Source: Enterovirga sp. (GTDB lineage: Bacteria > Pseudomonadota > Alphaproteobacteria > Rhizobiales > Beijerinckiaceae). Taken from it: 64,000 nt of DNA. This document shows positions 49,902-59,009 of this stretch, one piece after another (within the stretch, counting starts at the first letter, position 1; every line of letters begins with the position of its first letter). The DNA lies in the NCBI RefSeq assembly GCF_035325185.1, contig NZ_DAOLAJ010000005.1, positions 5,166 through 69,165 of the forward strand, given 5' to 3'. Below the pieces are notes generated by a model, which had not been told where the DNA came from, did no database searches, and saw nothing but the letters and a program-made list of their open reading frames with translations. Both the position numbers and the translations under genes were made by a program.

Positions 49902-52900
49902 TTATCCCCCGGCTTCGTGGGCGGGGCGGGCCGAAGCGGCAGAGCGCGGGTGGCCGGATTCGCTCCCGCCTTCCGTCTGGGCGGGAAAGGGCGACAGGCG
50001 CGAGAACCTGCGCAGCCCTGACTGGACGCGGTCGGATGCCTCTCCCGTCAGCTTGAGCGTCGCCGGCACGAAGACGAGCGAGAGGATCGTCGAGAACAGA
50101 AGCCCGCCGATCACCGTGATGGCCATCGGCGCGCGAAACTCGCCCCCGGCGCCGATCGCGAGCGCGCTCGGGATCATGCCCGCGGCCATGGCGATCGTCG
50201 TCATGACGATCGGGCGGGCGCGCTTTCGGCCGGCATCGATGATGGCGGCGTCGCGCGGCACGCCGTCCCGCATCGATTCCACCGCGAAATCGACCAGCAT
50301 GATCGCATTCTTGGTCACGATGCCCATCAGCATCAGGAGGCCGATGAAGACCGGTGTCGTGAGCTGGTTCCCGGTCAGGAGGAGCGCGCCGACGGCGCCC
50401 CCGATCGAGATCGGCAGCGAGATCAGGATCACGAGCGGCTGGAGGAAGCTGCCGAACAGCAGCACGAGAACCGCATAGACCACCATCAGCCCGAGGGTCA
50501 TCGCGTGGACGAAGCCGTCCGCGAGTTCGTTCAGGTTCTCGGCGTCGCCCGACTGGCTGAGCGTGACGCCCTTGGGAATGTTGCGGACGATGGGGAGGTC
50601 CTGGATCGTCTTCAGCACGTCCCCGAGCGCCGCATAGCCGACGAGATCGGCCTCGACCGTCGCCTGGCGCTGCCGGTCGTAGCGCGCGATATTGGCCGGC
50701 CCGAGATCCGGCCGGATGTCGGCGACGACGCTGAGCGGCACCGTCCTCGGCCCCCCGGCCATGGGGACCTTCAGGTCCTTCAGCGCCTCGAGATTGCCGC
50801 GGGCATCGTCGTTGAGCTGGACCCGGATCGGGACGAGCGTGTCGCCGATGCTGAACTTCGCGAGCGCCTGGGGAGAGTCGCCGATCGTGGCGACCGAGAT
50901 GGTCTCGGAGATCGCGCTCGCGGTCACCCCGAGCCGGGCGGCGAGATCCTTGCGCGGGCGGATGCGCAGCTCCGGCCGGTCGAGCGTCGCGCTGGAGACG
51001 ACGTTGCTGAGCGTCGGAAGCCCGCGCATCTGGCTCGCCAACTCGTTCGCGAAGCCCGAGACCGCCTCCGGCACGTCGCCCGTCACCACGAGCGAGACCG
51101 CTCGCATGCCCAGTTCGTCGAGCAGCCAGTAGCGGATATCGGGGATGCGCTGGAGGCGCCGCTCGATCTCCTGCTCCAGCTCGCGCTGGCTGAGCTTGCG
51201 CTCCTTCTTGTCGGTGAAGTTGACGACCATGGTGGCGCGCCGGACATCCACGTTGCCCTGCGGCGAGCGCCCCCCGTCGACGAAGATGCTGCGGACCTGC
51301 GGGATGCCGCGCAGGTCGCGCGCGATCGCGTCGGTGACCGCCTGGGTGTCGCTCGCCTGCGAGCCGGGCGACAGCTCGATCGAGATCAGCGTCCGGGCGG
51401 TGTCCGATCGCGGCATGAAGCCCTTGGGAAGCAGCATCATGCTGAAGATCGAGCCCCCGAGCACGCTCATTCCGACGAGGAAGGTCAGCACGTAATGCCT
51501 GACCGAGAAGGTCACGAGGCGCGTGTAGAGGCGCTCGATCCGTCCGGGCGGCTTTTCCGGGCTGAGGTCCTGCTTGAGCAGATAGGCGGCGAGCATCGGC
51601 GTCACGAGCCGTGCGGCCAGAAGCGAGAAGAAGACCAGAACCGCGACCGTGATGCCGAACTGCTTGAAGAACTGGCCGACGATGCCGGGCATGAAGCTCG
51701 CCGGGACGAAGATGGCGATGATGGTGAGGCTGATCGCGATCACGGCGAGCCCGATCTCGTCCGCCGCGTCGATGGCCGCCTGGTAGGGCGACTTGCCCAT
51801 GCGGATATGGCGGGCGATGTTCTCGATCTCGACGATGGAATCGTCGACCAGGATGCCCGTGGACAGCGTGACCGCGAGGAAGCTCACCGAGTTCAGCGAG
51901 AAGCCCAGCAGGTCCATGACCCAGAAGGCGGGGAAGATCGACAGCGGCAGCGAGATCACGACGATGAGCGTCGCCCGGATGTTCCGCAGGAACAGGAAGA
52001 CGATGAGTACCGCCAGCAGCGCACCCTCGAACAGGGTGTCGACCGTCGCCTTGTAGTTGCCGAGCGTATGGTCGACCTGGGTCGAGATCAGCACGAGCTG
52101 GATGTCCGGATGGTCGGCGTTCAGCCTGTCGACGGTGGCCTTGACGGCCTGGCCGACGGCGACGTCGCTCGCGCCCCGCGAGCGCTTGATGTTGAAGGCG
52201 ACGACCGGCTTCCCATCGAGGCTCGCGAAGGTGCGCCTGTCGGCGACCGTGTCGATCACGGTGCCGAGATCCTTGAGCTGCACCTCCCCGCCGCTCGCGA
52301 GGCCGAGCATCGTGCCCGCCAGATCCTCGAGCGAGCGGGCGCCGCCGAGGGTGCGGATCGCATGGTCGCGCCCGCCGAGGGAGGCGCGCCCGCCCGCCAC
52401 ATCCGCGTTGATGGCGCGCAGCCGCCGGCTGACGTCGATGGTGGTGAGGCCGTAGGCGTCGAGGCGGTCGGGATCGAGCGAGACGAGAATTTCCCGATCC
52501 GTCCCGCCGACGGTCTCGACCTCGGCGACCCCGCGGATTCCCTGGATCTCCCGCGTGACGACATTCCTCACATAGGCGGAGAGGTCCTCGGCCGTCTTGT
52601 CGGTTCCGACCGCCGCGTAGCTGAGGATCGGAAGGCCCGCGACCTCGACGCGCTGGATCAGGGGCTCCTGGGAGAGCTGGGGCAGGCTGGACCGGATGCG
52701 GGTGACCCCATCCTTGACGTCGTTCAGCGCGCGATCGGTATTGGTCTCGATACGGAACTCGACCGTCGTCAGGGACACGCCGTCGTTCACGACCGAGGAG
52801 ATGTGGCGGATGCCTTCGATGCCGGCGAGTCCGTCCTCGATCGTGCGGGTCACCTCCCTCTCGATCTCGGCCGGTCCCGCGCCGAACTGCGTCACCAGCA

Positions 52901-53045
52901 CCGTGATCACCGGGATATCGGCGTTCGGCATGTTCGTGACGGGCAGGCGCGAGAAGCTGAGCCAGCCCAAGGCGAGCAGGATCAGCGAGATGAGGATCGG
53001 AGGAAGCGGACGCCTGATCGACCAGGTGGACACGTTCAACGACAT
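49902..53045 (-). CDS. RND efflux permease (AcrB/MdtB-like)
   Basis: WSIRRPLP, GILVDDSIVEIEN, GIVTKNAIMLVD, RARPIVMTT. Confidence 0.95.
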   Translation of the reverse strand: MSLNVSTWSIRRPLPPILISLILLALGWLSFSRLPVTNMPNADIPVITVLVTQFGAGPAEIEREVTRTIEDGLAGIEGIRHISSVVNDGVSLTTVEFRIETNTDRALNDVKDGVTRIRSSLPQLSQEPLIQRVEVAGLPILSYAAVGTDKTAEDLSAYVRNVVTREIQGIRGVAEVETVGGTDREILVSLDPDRLDAYGLTTIDVSRRLRAINADVAGGRASLGGRDHAIRTLGGARSLEDLAGTMLGLASGGEVQLKDLGTVIDTVADRRTFASLDGKPVVAFNIKRSRGASDVAVGQAVKATVDRLNADHPDIQLVLISTQVDHTLGNYKATVDTLFEGALLAVLIVFLFLRNIRATLIVVISLPLSIFPAFWVMDLLGFSLNSVSFLAVTLSTGILVDDSIVEIENIARHIRMGKSPYQAAIDAADEIGLAVIAISLTIIAIFVPASFMPGIVGQFFKQFGITVAVLVFFSLLAARLVTPMLAAYLLKQDLSPEKPPGRIERLYTRLVTFSVRHYVLTFLVGMSVLGGSIFSMMLLPKGFMPRSDTARTLISIELSPGSQASDTQAVTDAIARDLRGIPQVRSIFVDGGRSPQGNVDVRRATMVVNFTDKKERKLSQRELEQEIERRLQRIPDIRYWLLDELGMRAVSLVVTGDVPEAVSGFANELASQMRGLPTLSNVVSSATLDRPELRIRPRKDLAARLGVTASAISETISVATIGDSPQALAKFSIGDTLVPIRVQLNDDARGNLEALKDLKVPMAGGPRTVPLSVVADIRPDLGPANIARYDRQRQATVEADLVGYAALGDVLKTIQDLPIVRNIPKGVTLSQSGDAENLNELADGFVHAMTLGLMVVYAVLVLLFGSFLQPLVILISLPISIGGAVGALLLTGNQLTTPVFIGLLMLMGIVTKNAIMLVDFAVESMRDGVPRDAAIIDAGRKRARPIVMTTIAMAAGMIPSALAIGAGGEFRAPMAITVIGGLLFSTILSLVFVPATLKLTGEASDRVQSGLRRFSRLSPFPAQTEGGSESGHPRSAASARPAHEAGG

Positions 53046-53061
53046 GGACGCTCCGATCCGC

Positions 53062-53166
53062 CTAGAGCATGATCCGAAAAAGTGGATCCCGGTTTTTCGA
53101 AAAGATCATGCTCGAACAAAAGGCTGGAGCGTGATGGCGATTCAGCGAAGCGCCATCACGCTCCAG
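53062..53166. repeat. Two-hairpin Rhizobiales-type intergenic repeat (CTAGAGCATGATC...)
   Basis: IRs GAGCATGATC/GATCATGCTC and CTGGAGCGTGATGGCG/CGCCATCACGCTCCAG. Confidence 0.75.
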
Positions 53167-53185
53167 ATTCGGGAGGGGAGGCCCG

Positions 53186-54103
53186 TCACAGAGCACCCGC
53201 CGCGTTCGCGATGACCCCCTCGCCCTCGGAGAGGCCAGAGCGGATCTCCACGAATTCGCTCGACGACAGGCCGATCTCCACGCGGCGGGCCTCGGGCTTT
53301 CCGTTCCTCACCACGAGGACGGAAGTGGTGTTGTTCTGGCGCACGATCGACGTCTTCGGCACGCTCGGGCCGCAGCTTTCGGTCGTGTCGACCGTGCCCC
53401 GCCCGAACATGCCCGGCCGCAGCCCGGAGCCGGCGGGAAGCGCGAGGCGCGCACGCGCGAACTGGGTGCGGGCATCGATCTCGGCCGGCGGCACCCGGAC
53501 CGTCGTCCCAACCTCCGACCCGTCCCCAAGGAGGATCCTGGCGCCCCCGCCCGCCTTGACCCGCGCGGCATAGGCCCCGGGGATATCGACGACGAGATCG
53601 AGGTCGCGGTCCGTGCCGATGCGCAGGAGGGGCTCGCGCGCGGTGGCGAGCGCGCCGAGACGCGCCGTGCTCGCCGATACGACGCCCGCGGCAGGCGCCT
53701 TGAGGACGATGACGGGCGGACGGGCGCGCGCCGCCGCGGCCTCCGCAGATCCCGCGCCCCCCGGCGGGGTGGCACCCCCCGGCGGGGAGGGGAACGCGGC
53801 TTCGAGGCGGATCAGATCCTGGCCGGCCGCGACCGTATCGCCCTCATGGACCAGGATCGCCCCGATCCGAAACCCGTCGAGCCCCATCACGAAAGCCTCG
53901 GCCCGCTGGGCGAGAAAGCCCGAGACGCGCACGTTGTCCACGAAACAGCGCCTTTGCACCTGCACCGTCGAGGTCGAGCCGAAGGCCGAGGGCAGGTCGA
54001 TCGCCGCCGCAGGACCGGCCATCGCCGCGCAGGCCGCCGCCAGCGCAAGGCACGGGAGAATCGTCCTCCCGCGCGGTCCCGGATCGTGGGCTGGCGCGGC
54101 CAC
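53186..54103 (-). CDS. RND periplasmic adaptor (MFP), lacking the alpha-hairpin
   Basis: Lipoyl halves ILVHEGDTVAAGQDL and LKAPAAGVV are joined by a short PG/A linker; LRPGMFG; GLSEGEGVI. Confidence 0.82.
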   Translation of the reverse strand: MAAPAHDPGPRGRTILPCLALAAACAAMAGPAAAIDLPSAFGSTSTVQVQRRCFVDNVRVSGFLAQRAEAFVMGLDGFRIGAILVHEGDTVAAGQDLIRLEAAFPSPPGGATPPGGAGSAEAAAARARPPVIVLKAPAAGVVSASTARLGALATAREPLLRIGTDRDLDLVVDIPGAYAARVKAGGGARILLGDGSEVGTTVRVPPAEIDARTQFARARLALPAGSGLRPGMFGRGTVDTTESCGPSVPKTSIVRQNNTTSVLVVRNGKPEARRVEIGLSSSEFVEIRSGLSEGEGVIANAAGAL

Positions 54104-54104
54104 G

Positions 54105-54746
54105 TCAGCGCGACGCCGACTTGACTTCGCTGAGGTTGGTGGCCTGCACGCGCCTGTTTTCGTTGGCGTTCGGCTTGTCCTTGAACTTGAGATGCGTCTT
54201 GCCGTAGCCCACGGTGATCAGGCTCTGCGGCGGGATCTTGAATTTCTGGATGAGATAATGCCTCACCGAGGCCGCGCGGCGCTCCGAAAGCCGCTGGTTC
54301 AGCTCGTCGCTGCCCCGGGCGTCGGTATAGCCGGCGATCATGAAGGTGCCCTCCTTCAGCGCCGGACGCGACAAGGCCGCCCCGAGCGCATTCACGATCG
54401 GCCGCGCCTTGGCCGAGATCGTCGCGGAATTCAGCCCGAAGGGGATGTCGAGATCGATGCTCGGCTTGCCCTCGGCGATGGTGGAGAGCCTCTCGCGCTC
54501 GCCGGTCGAGAGCGAGCGCGTGGTCGCGGATTTCAGGCTGTCGAGAAAGGCGGCCTCGTCGGCATTGCCCGGCCGCGGCTGGGCAGCGGGGGCGGTCGAG
54601 AGGCTGCGCGTCGCGGGCTTGGGCGTCAGCGCATCGAGGATCTGGCCCTCCGTGGGCACCTGGGCCACGGCGGCCGAGGCGGCGAAAATCGCCCCCGACA
54701 AGACAAGAGCGATCCGAGCCCCCGGCTTGACTGCAAACGCCATCAT
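54105..54746 (-). CDS. OmpA-family C-terminal domain protein
   Basis: Signal peptide, IPFGLNSA, IAGYTDARGSDELNQRLSERRA, VGYGK, NRRV. Confidence 0.9.
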   Translation of the reverse strand: MMAFAVKPGARIALVLSGAIFAASAAVAQVPTEGQILDALTPKPATRSLSTAPAAQPRPGNADEAAFLDSLKSATTRSLSTGERERLSTIAEGKPSIDLDIPFGLNSATISAKARPIVNALGAALSRPALKEGTFMIAGYTDARGSDELNQRLSERRAASVRHYLIQKFKIPPQSLITVGYGKTHLKFKDKPNANENRRVQATNLSEVKSASR

Positions 54747-54789
54747 GGAACCCTCCTCCGGCACGGGCTGCGCGGGCAGCCGGCTTGCA

Positions 54790-54840
54790 GAGCATGATCC
54801 GAAAAGGAAAGAGCGGTTTTTCGAAATGATCATGCTCGAA
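54790..54840. repeat. Second copy of the GAGCATGATC hairpin repeat
   Basis: GAGCATGATCCGAAAA...GGTTTTTCGAAATGATCATGCTCGAAC matches 53065-53117. Confidence 0.75.
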
Positions 54841-54849
54841 CGATCAAGA

Positions 54850-56475
54850 CTATGGATTGACTCCGAACAACGAGAATTGTTCACCGATCTGGGGATCGAT
54901 GGCGAGCGCGAGCTTCACGTCGCGATCCCCGTGGCCCTTCTCCCCGAGGCGACGATAGGCGATGCCGCGGCCGTAGAGCGCCGAGGCATGCTTGCTGTTG
55001 ATCTTCAAGGCCGCCTCGTAATCGCTGATGGCGCGCCGCGGCAGGTTGATCTTGAGCATCACGAAGCCGCGGCTGTCCAGGGCGTCGAGAAATTCGGGCC
55101 GAAGCTTGAGAGCGGCGTTGCAATCGAGGATCGCGGAATCGAGATCGTCGATGATCGCCTTGATCCAGCAGCGGTTGTTCAGGGCCTCGACGTCCTTCGG
55201 ATCGATTTGCAGGACGCGGTCGAAATCGGCGAGAGCCCGGACGAAATCATAATGAAGGGCGTAGAGCTGCCCCCGCGTATAGAGGGACGCCGCATCCTTC
55301 GGGTTGCGGGCGATCGCGGCGTCCAGATCCTTCAACTGCCCCTCGTCGGCGGGGCTGTAGTCGATCTGCGCGATCCGAAGCTTCTTCGAAGGCGCCTCGG
55401 CAGCCGGGGCGGCAGCGACCGGCACCGGCGCCGCAGGCGGCACCGGCGGCTCGGCAGGTGCCGGCGGCTCCGCTGCCGCCGGCGTGGCAGGGGGCGGAGG
55501 AGCGGACGGCGGAGGAGCAGGCGGCGGCTCGGCAGGGGCCTTGGGACTTTCCGCCGCAATCCCCGCCTCGGGCTTCGGGGGAGGCGGGCCGGCATCCTTG
55601 CCCGCCTCGCCGGCCGGTCCGCTCTCCTGCGGAGGCGCCGCGGGCACGGGCGGCGGGGCCATCGCGGGCGGCTCGGCCGGCTTGGCGCCGGCCTCCGGCA
55701 GCATCGCGGTCTTGGCGGGAGGCGCCGGCGGCTCGCGCGGCACGGAGAGAATCCAGGGCGTCTGGGAGCCGTTCGACGCGGACATGACGGCCGTCCGCGT
55801 CTTGTCGAGGACGTTCAGCGAAATACCGCGCGCGGCGGCCAGTTGCCTGACCAGTTCCGCGGAGAGGAGGCCGCGGGGCTTGGCCGAAGGACTCAGGACC
55901 GCCCCCGGCGCGGCCGACAGCATCAGCGTCGAGCCGGCCGGCAGGGTGGCGACGGAGGCCAGCCCGATCGAATAGTTGCGAAAGCGGCGCTCATATTGGT
56001 TGCGGTTCGCTCCCTCGACGATCAGATAGGTGTCGGCCGCCCCCCGGCGCTCGATCTCCCCCAGGAGCTGGCCGATGCCGAGGCCGGCGCGCTGGACGTC
56101 CGTTTCCGTCCAGATGTTGACGTCGACCGGGATCAGGTAGTTCTGTCGGCCGGACTGGATCGCAAAGCCGTTGAAATAGACGACCACGGTGGCCCCGCCG
56201 GCGATCGCGCCCAGGAGCCGCTCGCTGCGCGCGACGAGATCGGCCTGGGTCGCGTTCTCGACCAGATCGACGGAGAACCCCTGCCGGCCCAGCTCCGCCG
56301 CCACCGCGGCCGCATCAGCCGAGGCGGCCGGCAACTGGGCGTCGGAATCGCCGTATTTCGCGTTGCCGATCACGAGAGCCAGACGCAGCGTCGAGGCATC
56401 CTGCGCGAGGGCGAGGCCGATTTGCGTGGGCACGAACAGGCACAGCGCTAAGGTCACAATCTGCCAGGCACGCAT
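54850..56475 (-). CDS. Secreted caspase-like (peptidase C14) domain, Pro-rich linker and TPR repeats
   Basis: Signal peptide, RLALVIGNAKY, NYLIPVD, SAAPG..., SNGSQTPW, C-terminal TPRs. Confidence 0.85.
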   Translation of the reverse strand: MRAWQIVTLALCLFVPTQIGLALAQDASTLRLALVIGNAKYGDSDAQLPAASADAAAVAAELGRQGFSVDLVENATQADLVARSERLLGAIAGGATVVVYFNGFAIQSGRQNYLIPVDVNIWTETDVQRAGLGIGQLLGEIERRGAADTYLIVEGANRNQYERRFRNYSIGLASVATLPAGSTLMLSAAPGAVLSPSAKPRGLLSAELVRQLAAARGISLNVLDKTRTAVMSASNGSQTPWILSVPREPPAPPAKTAMLPEAGAKPAEPPAMAPPPVPAAPPQESGPAGEAGKDAGPPPPKPEAGIAAESPKAPAEPPPAPPPSAPPPPATPAAAEPPAPAEPPVPPAAPVPVAAAPAAEAPSKKLRIAQIDYSPADEGQLKDLDAAIARNPKDAASLYTRGQLYALHYDFVRALADFDRVLQIDPKDVEALNNRCWIKAIIDDLDSAILDCNAALKLRPEFLDALDSRGFVMLKINLPRRAISDYEAALKINSKHASALYGRGIAYRRLGEKGHGDRDVKLALAIDPQIGEQFSLFGVNP

Positions 56476-56617
56476 GCCTCGATCGACTCCCTGCCGGCAC
56501 TTTCCCTCTTTGCTAGATTAGCCGCCCCCCGGGCACGAGACAAGCTGAACTGGCGCTCTACTGTCGGGCTCCGATGACGCATGCCGCCGGCACAGGCGCG
56601 GCCAGGGCCTCCCGCCT

Positions 56618-58489
56618 CTACCTGTCGGCATCCGGACGGCTGTCGGGCATGCTCAGCCTGATGATGATCCGGCGGATCAGCACGAGCACCATCGTGATCG
56701 CGACGAGCTGCACCCAGCCGAACGACGTGAAGCGGGAGATGACATGGTCCCAGTCGATCGTGTGGCCGAACCATCTTTTCGCGATGCTGTCGGAGAGCAC
56801 CGCGATGCCGAGAACGGCCGTGACCAGATAGCCCAGGCGCATGAGCAGGCGCACGATATACGCGATCTTGCCGACCACGGCCCTGAACTGGAGGATCGGC
56901 TCCTCGACATTGCGCTGCACCTTGAACATGAACTGGCTCGCGAGGTCTCCCAGTTCCTCCAATGCCAGGTAATCGGCATCCGTCGGCCCCGTCAGGCGCT
57001 CGCGCAGGCGCCGGCGCATCCGGTGGCGCGCCTCCCGCGAGATCTGGCGCAGGAAGGCCCGGTATTCCTGCGCCACGTCCAGCTCCTTGTTGAGCCTGTT
57101 GACGATGGCGTCGTAGGAGAAGGCGGCGCGAAAATACTGGATCGTCTCGAAGCTCATGGGCATCTGGTATTGCTGCGCCACCTCCATCGTCCGGATCCAG
57201 ATCTGGACCATGCTGCGCTCCCACCATTCGGCGTCGCGGCTCTTCTGCGTGTAGACCCAGTCGGCATAGACCTTCGTCAGCTCCCGCCGGATCGACTCGA
57301 CGTCGATCGGCGGCAGCGGGCCGGCGAGGCCGAGGGAGGCGTTCACCATCCGGCTGATGTCGCCCCGGATCATGTGGTGGGACAGTTCCCGGAAGGTCTT
57401 GCGGCTCTGCGTCGAGAAGCGGCCGACCGCGCCGAAATCGATGAAGCAGATGCAGTTGTTCGGCATGACCACCAGGTTCGCCGGATGCGGGTCGGCGTGA
57501 TAGAACGGCTCCTGGTGGATCTCCCGGTTCATCGCCAGCATGAGGTTGCTGGCGAGGGATTTCGGCTCGATGCCCTGCTCGCGGATCTTGGCCAGGAACT
57601 CCCGGTCGTCGTGCTCGACGGCGGCCATGATCTCCCACATCCACACGCCGGAGACGAACTCGCTGACCATCACCTCCTCGGAGCAATGCGGGAAGTAGAT
57701 CTTCGGCGCGGTGACGTTGGCCTTGCGGCGTTCCGCCCGCCGGCGGAAGAGGTCGGTGTAGCGGGCCTCGGTGCGGAAGTTCAGCTCCCGGAAGAGGATG
57801 GATTGCAGGTCCTGCCGGAAGCTGCGGGTCGTGCCCGGCGTGATGATGGTGAGCGTTTCCGCGAGCACCAGCAGCCAGTCCAGCGCGCGCAGATCCGCCG
57901 CGATGAGGGGCCCGATCCCGGGACGCCGCACCTTCACCGCCACCCGCTCGCCGCTGTGGAGCCGCGCCTGGTACACGCAGGAGATCGAGGCCGAGCCGAT
58001 GGGGTCCGGGTCGAACGCCTCGAAGACGTCCTCGAGCTTCTTGCCCAGGCTGCGCTCGACGATGGCGATCGCGTCGGCCGTCGGGAAAGGCGGCGACTGG
58101 TCGAGCATCCGGCTCAGCTCGGCGCAATAGGCATAGGGAATGACGTCGGCGCGGATCGACAATTGCTGGCCGAATTTCGCGAAGGTGCCGCCGGCCTCCT
58201 CGAAGATGCGGCGCAGCCGCTTGGCCCGGCGCTCCTCGCTGTCGCGCCGCCTCAGGACGTCGCGGAGATTGCCGTAGTAGAAGCGCAGGGCGCCCCAGAG
58301 CCAGACCAGCAGCCGCATCGCGGTGCTGAGGATGCTGGCCTCGAAATGGACCCGCCGGGCGCGCGGCAGCGCGACGCTGAGATTGGCGATCGAGGACGAG
58401 ACCTTCCGGCGCGGAAGCGGCCGGATGACGGGCAGGTCCTTGCGCGCGGGAGCGGGCAACTGCATCTCGGCCACCGAATGATCGTGCAT
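56618..58489 (-). CDS. ABC1/UbiB/AarF family atypical kinase
   Basis: TFAKFGQQLS.R.D, PIGSASISCVY.A, VAVKVRRPG, ELNFRTEA, YHADPHPAN, IDFG. Confidence 0.9.
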   Translation of the reverse strand: MHDHSVAEMQLPAPARKDLPVIRPLPRRKVSSSIANLSVALPRARRVHFEASILSTAMRLLVWLWGALRFYYGNLRDVLRRRDSEERRAKRLRRIFEEAGGTFAKFGQQLSIRADVIPYAYCAELSRMLDQSPPFPTADAIAIVERSLGKKLEDVFEAFDPDPIGSASISCVYQARLHSGERVAVKVRRPGIGPLIAADLRALDWLLVLAETLTIITPGTTRSFRQDLQSILFRELNFRTEARYTDLFRRRAERRKANVTAPKIYFPHCSEEVMVSEFVSGVWMWEIMAAVEHDDREFLAKIREQGIEPKSLASNLMLAMNREIHQEPFYHADPHPANLVVMPNNCICFIDFGAVGRFSTQSRKTFRELSHHMIRGDISRMVNASLGLAGPLPPIDVESIRRELTKVYADWVYTQKSRDAEWWERSMVQIWIRTMEVAQQYQMPMSFETIQYFRAAFSYDAIVNRLNKELDVAQEYRAFLRQISREARHRMRRRLRERLTGPTDADYLALEELGDLASQFMFKVQRNVEEPILQFRAVVGKIAYIVRLLMRLGYLVTAVLGIAVLSDSIAKRWFGHTIDWDHVISRFTSFGWVQLVAITMVLVLIRRIIIRLSMPDSRPDADR

Positions 58490-59009
58490 GACAAGCCAGT
58501 CCCGGTCAGAGAATTCGATCCGTATCCGTCCCTGGATCAGCGCATCCGGCCGCCGCGGCGGGAGGCGCGAGAGGCGTCCCCGGCAGTCGATTTCAGTTAG
58601 TCATAGATTCCCCATGAATTCAAACCGATCTCCGGCGGTCCCGCTTCCCGGCTCCGGCAGCGCTTCCCGCCTCGGATCGTGCGCCCGCGCGAAGCAGTTG
58701 CACAGACGAACGAAGTGTGTAACCTCCGCTCGCTGCTCTCGATCTTGTCGGCGTTAAGATATGATGGTCTCGGCTGAGAGCCAGGAGATTTTCTATAGCA
58801 GGTCTCTCAACTTGCAAGGGAAGGCGATCGCGCTGCCGGCCGGCAGCGCGAAGTTCTCGGGCAGAAAGGGCAAGTCGTTCCGCGAGCCGGCGATATGTGG
58901 GCCGGCGGTCCGGAGCGCGTTTTCCGCTGCGGCCCGGCGCCTCGGGCGCATCCTTCGCCTGAAAGGCTCCGCGCCCCGCCTGTGGCCGACCTATGGATGA
59001 ACGACGCTC

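Noticed and set aside
55400-55730. Pro/Ala-rich low-complexity DNA as a tandem repeat or array
   Set aside because: It is a coding linker with no fixed period.
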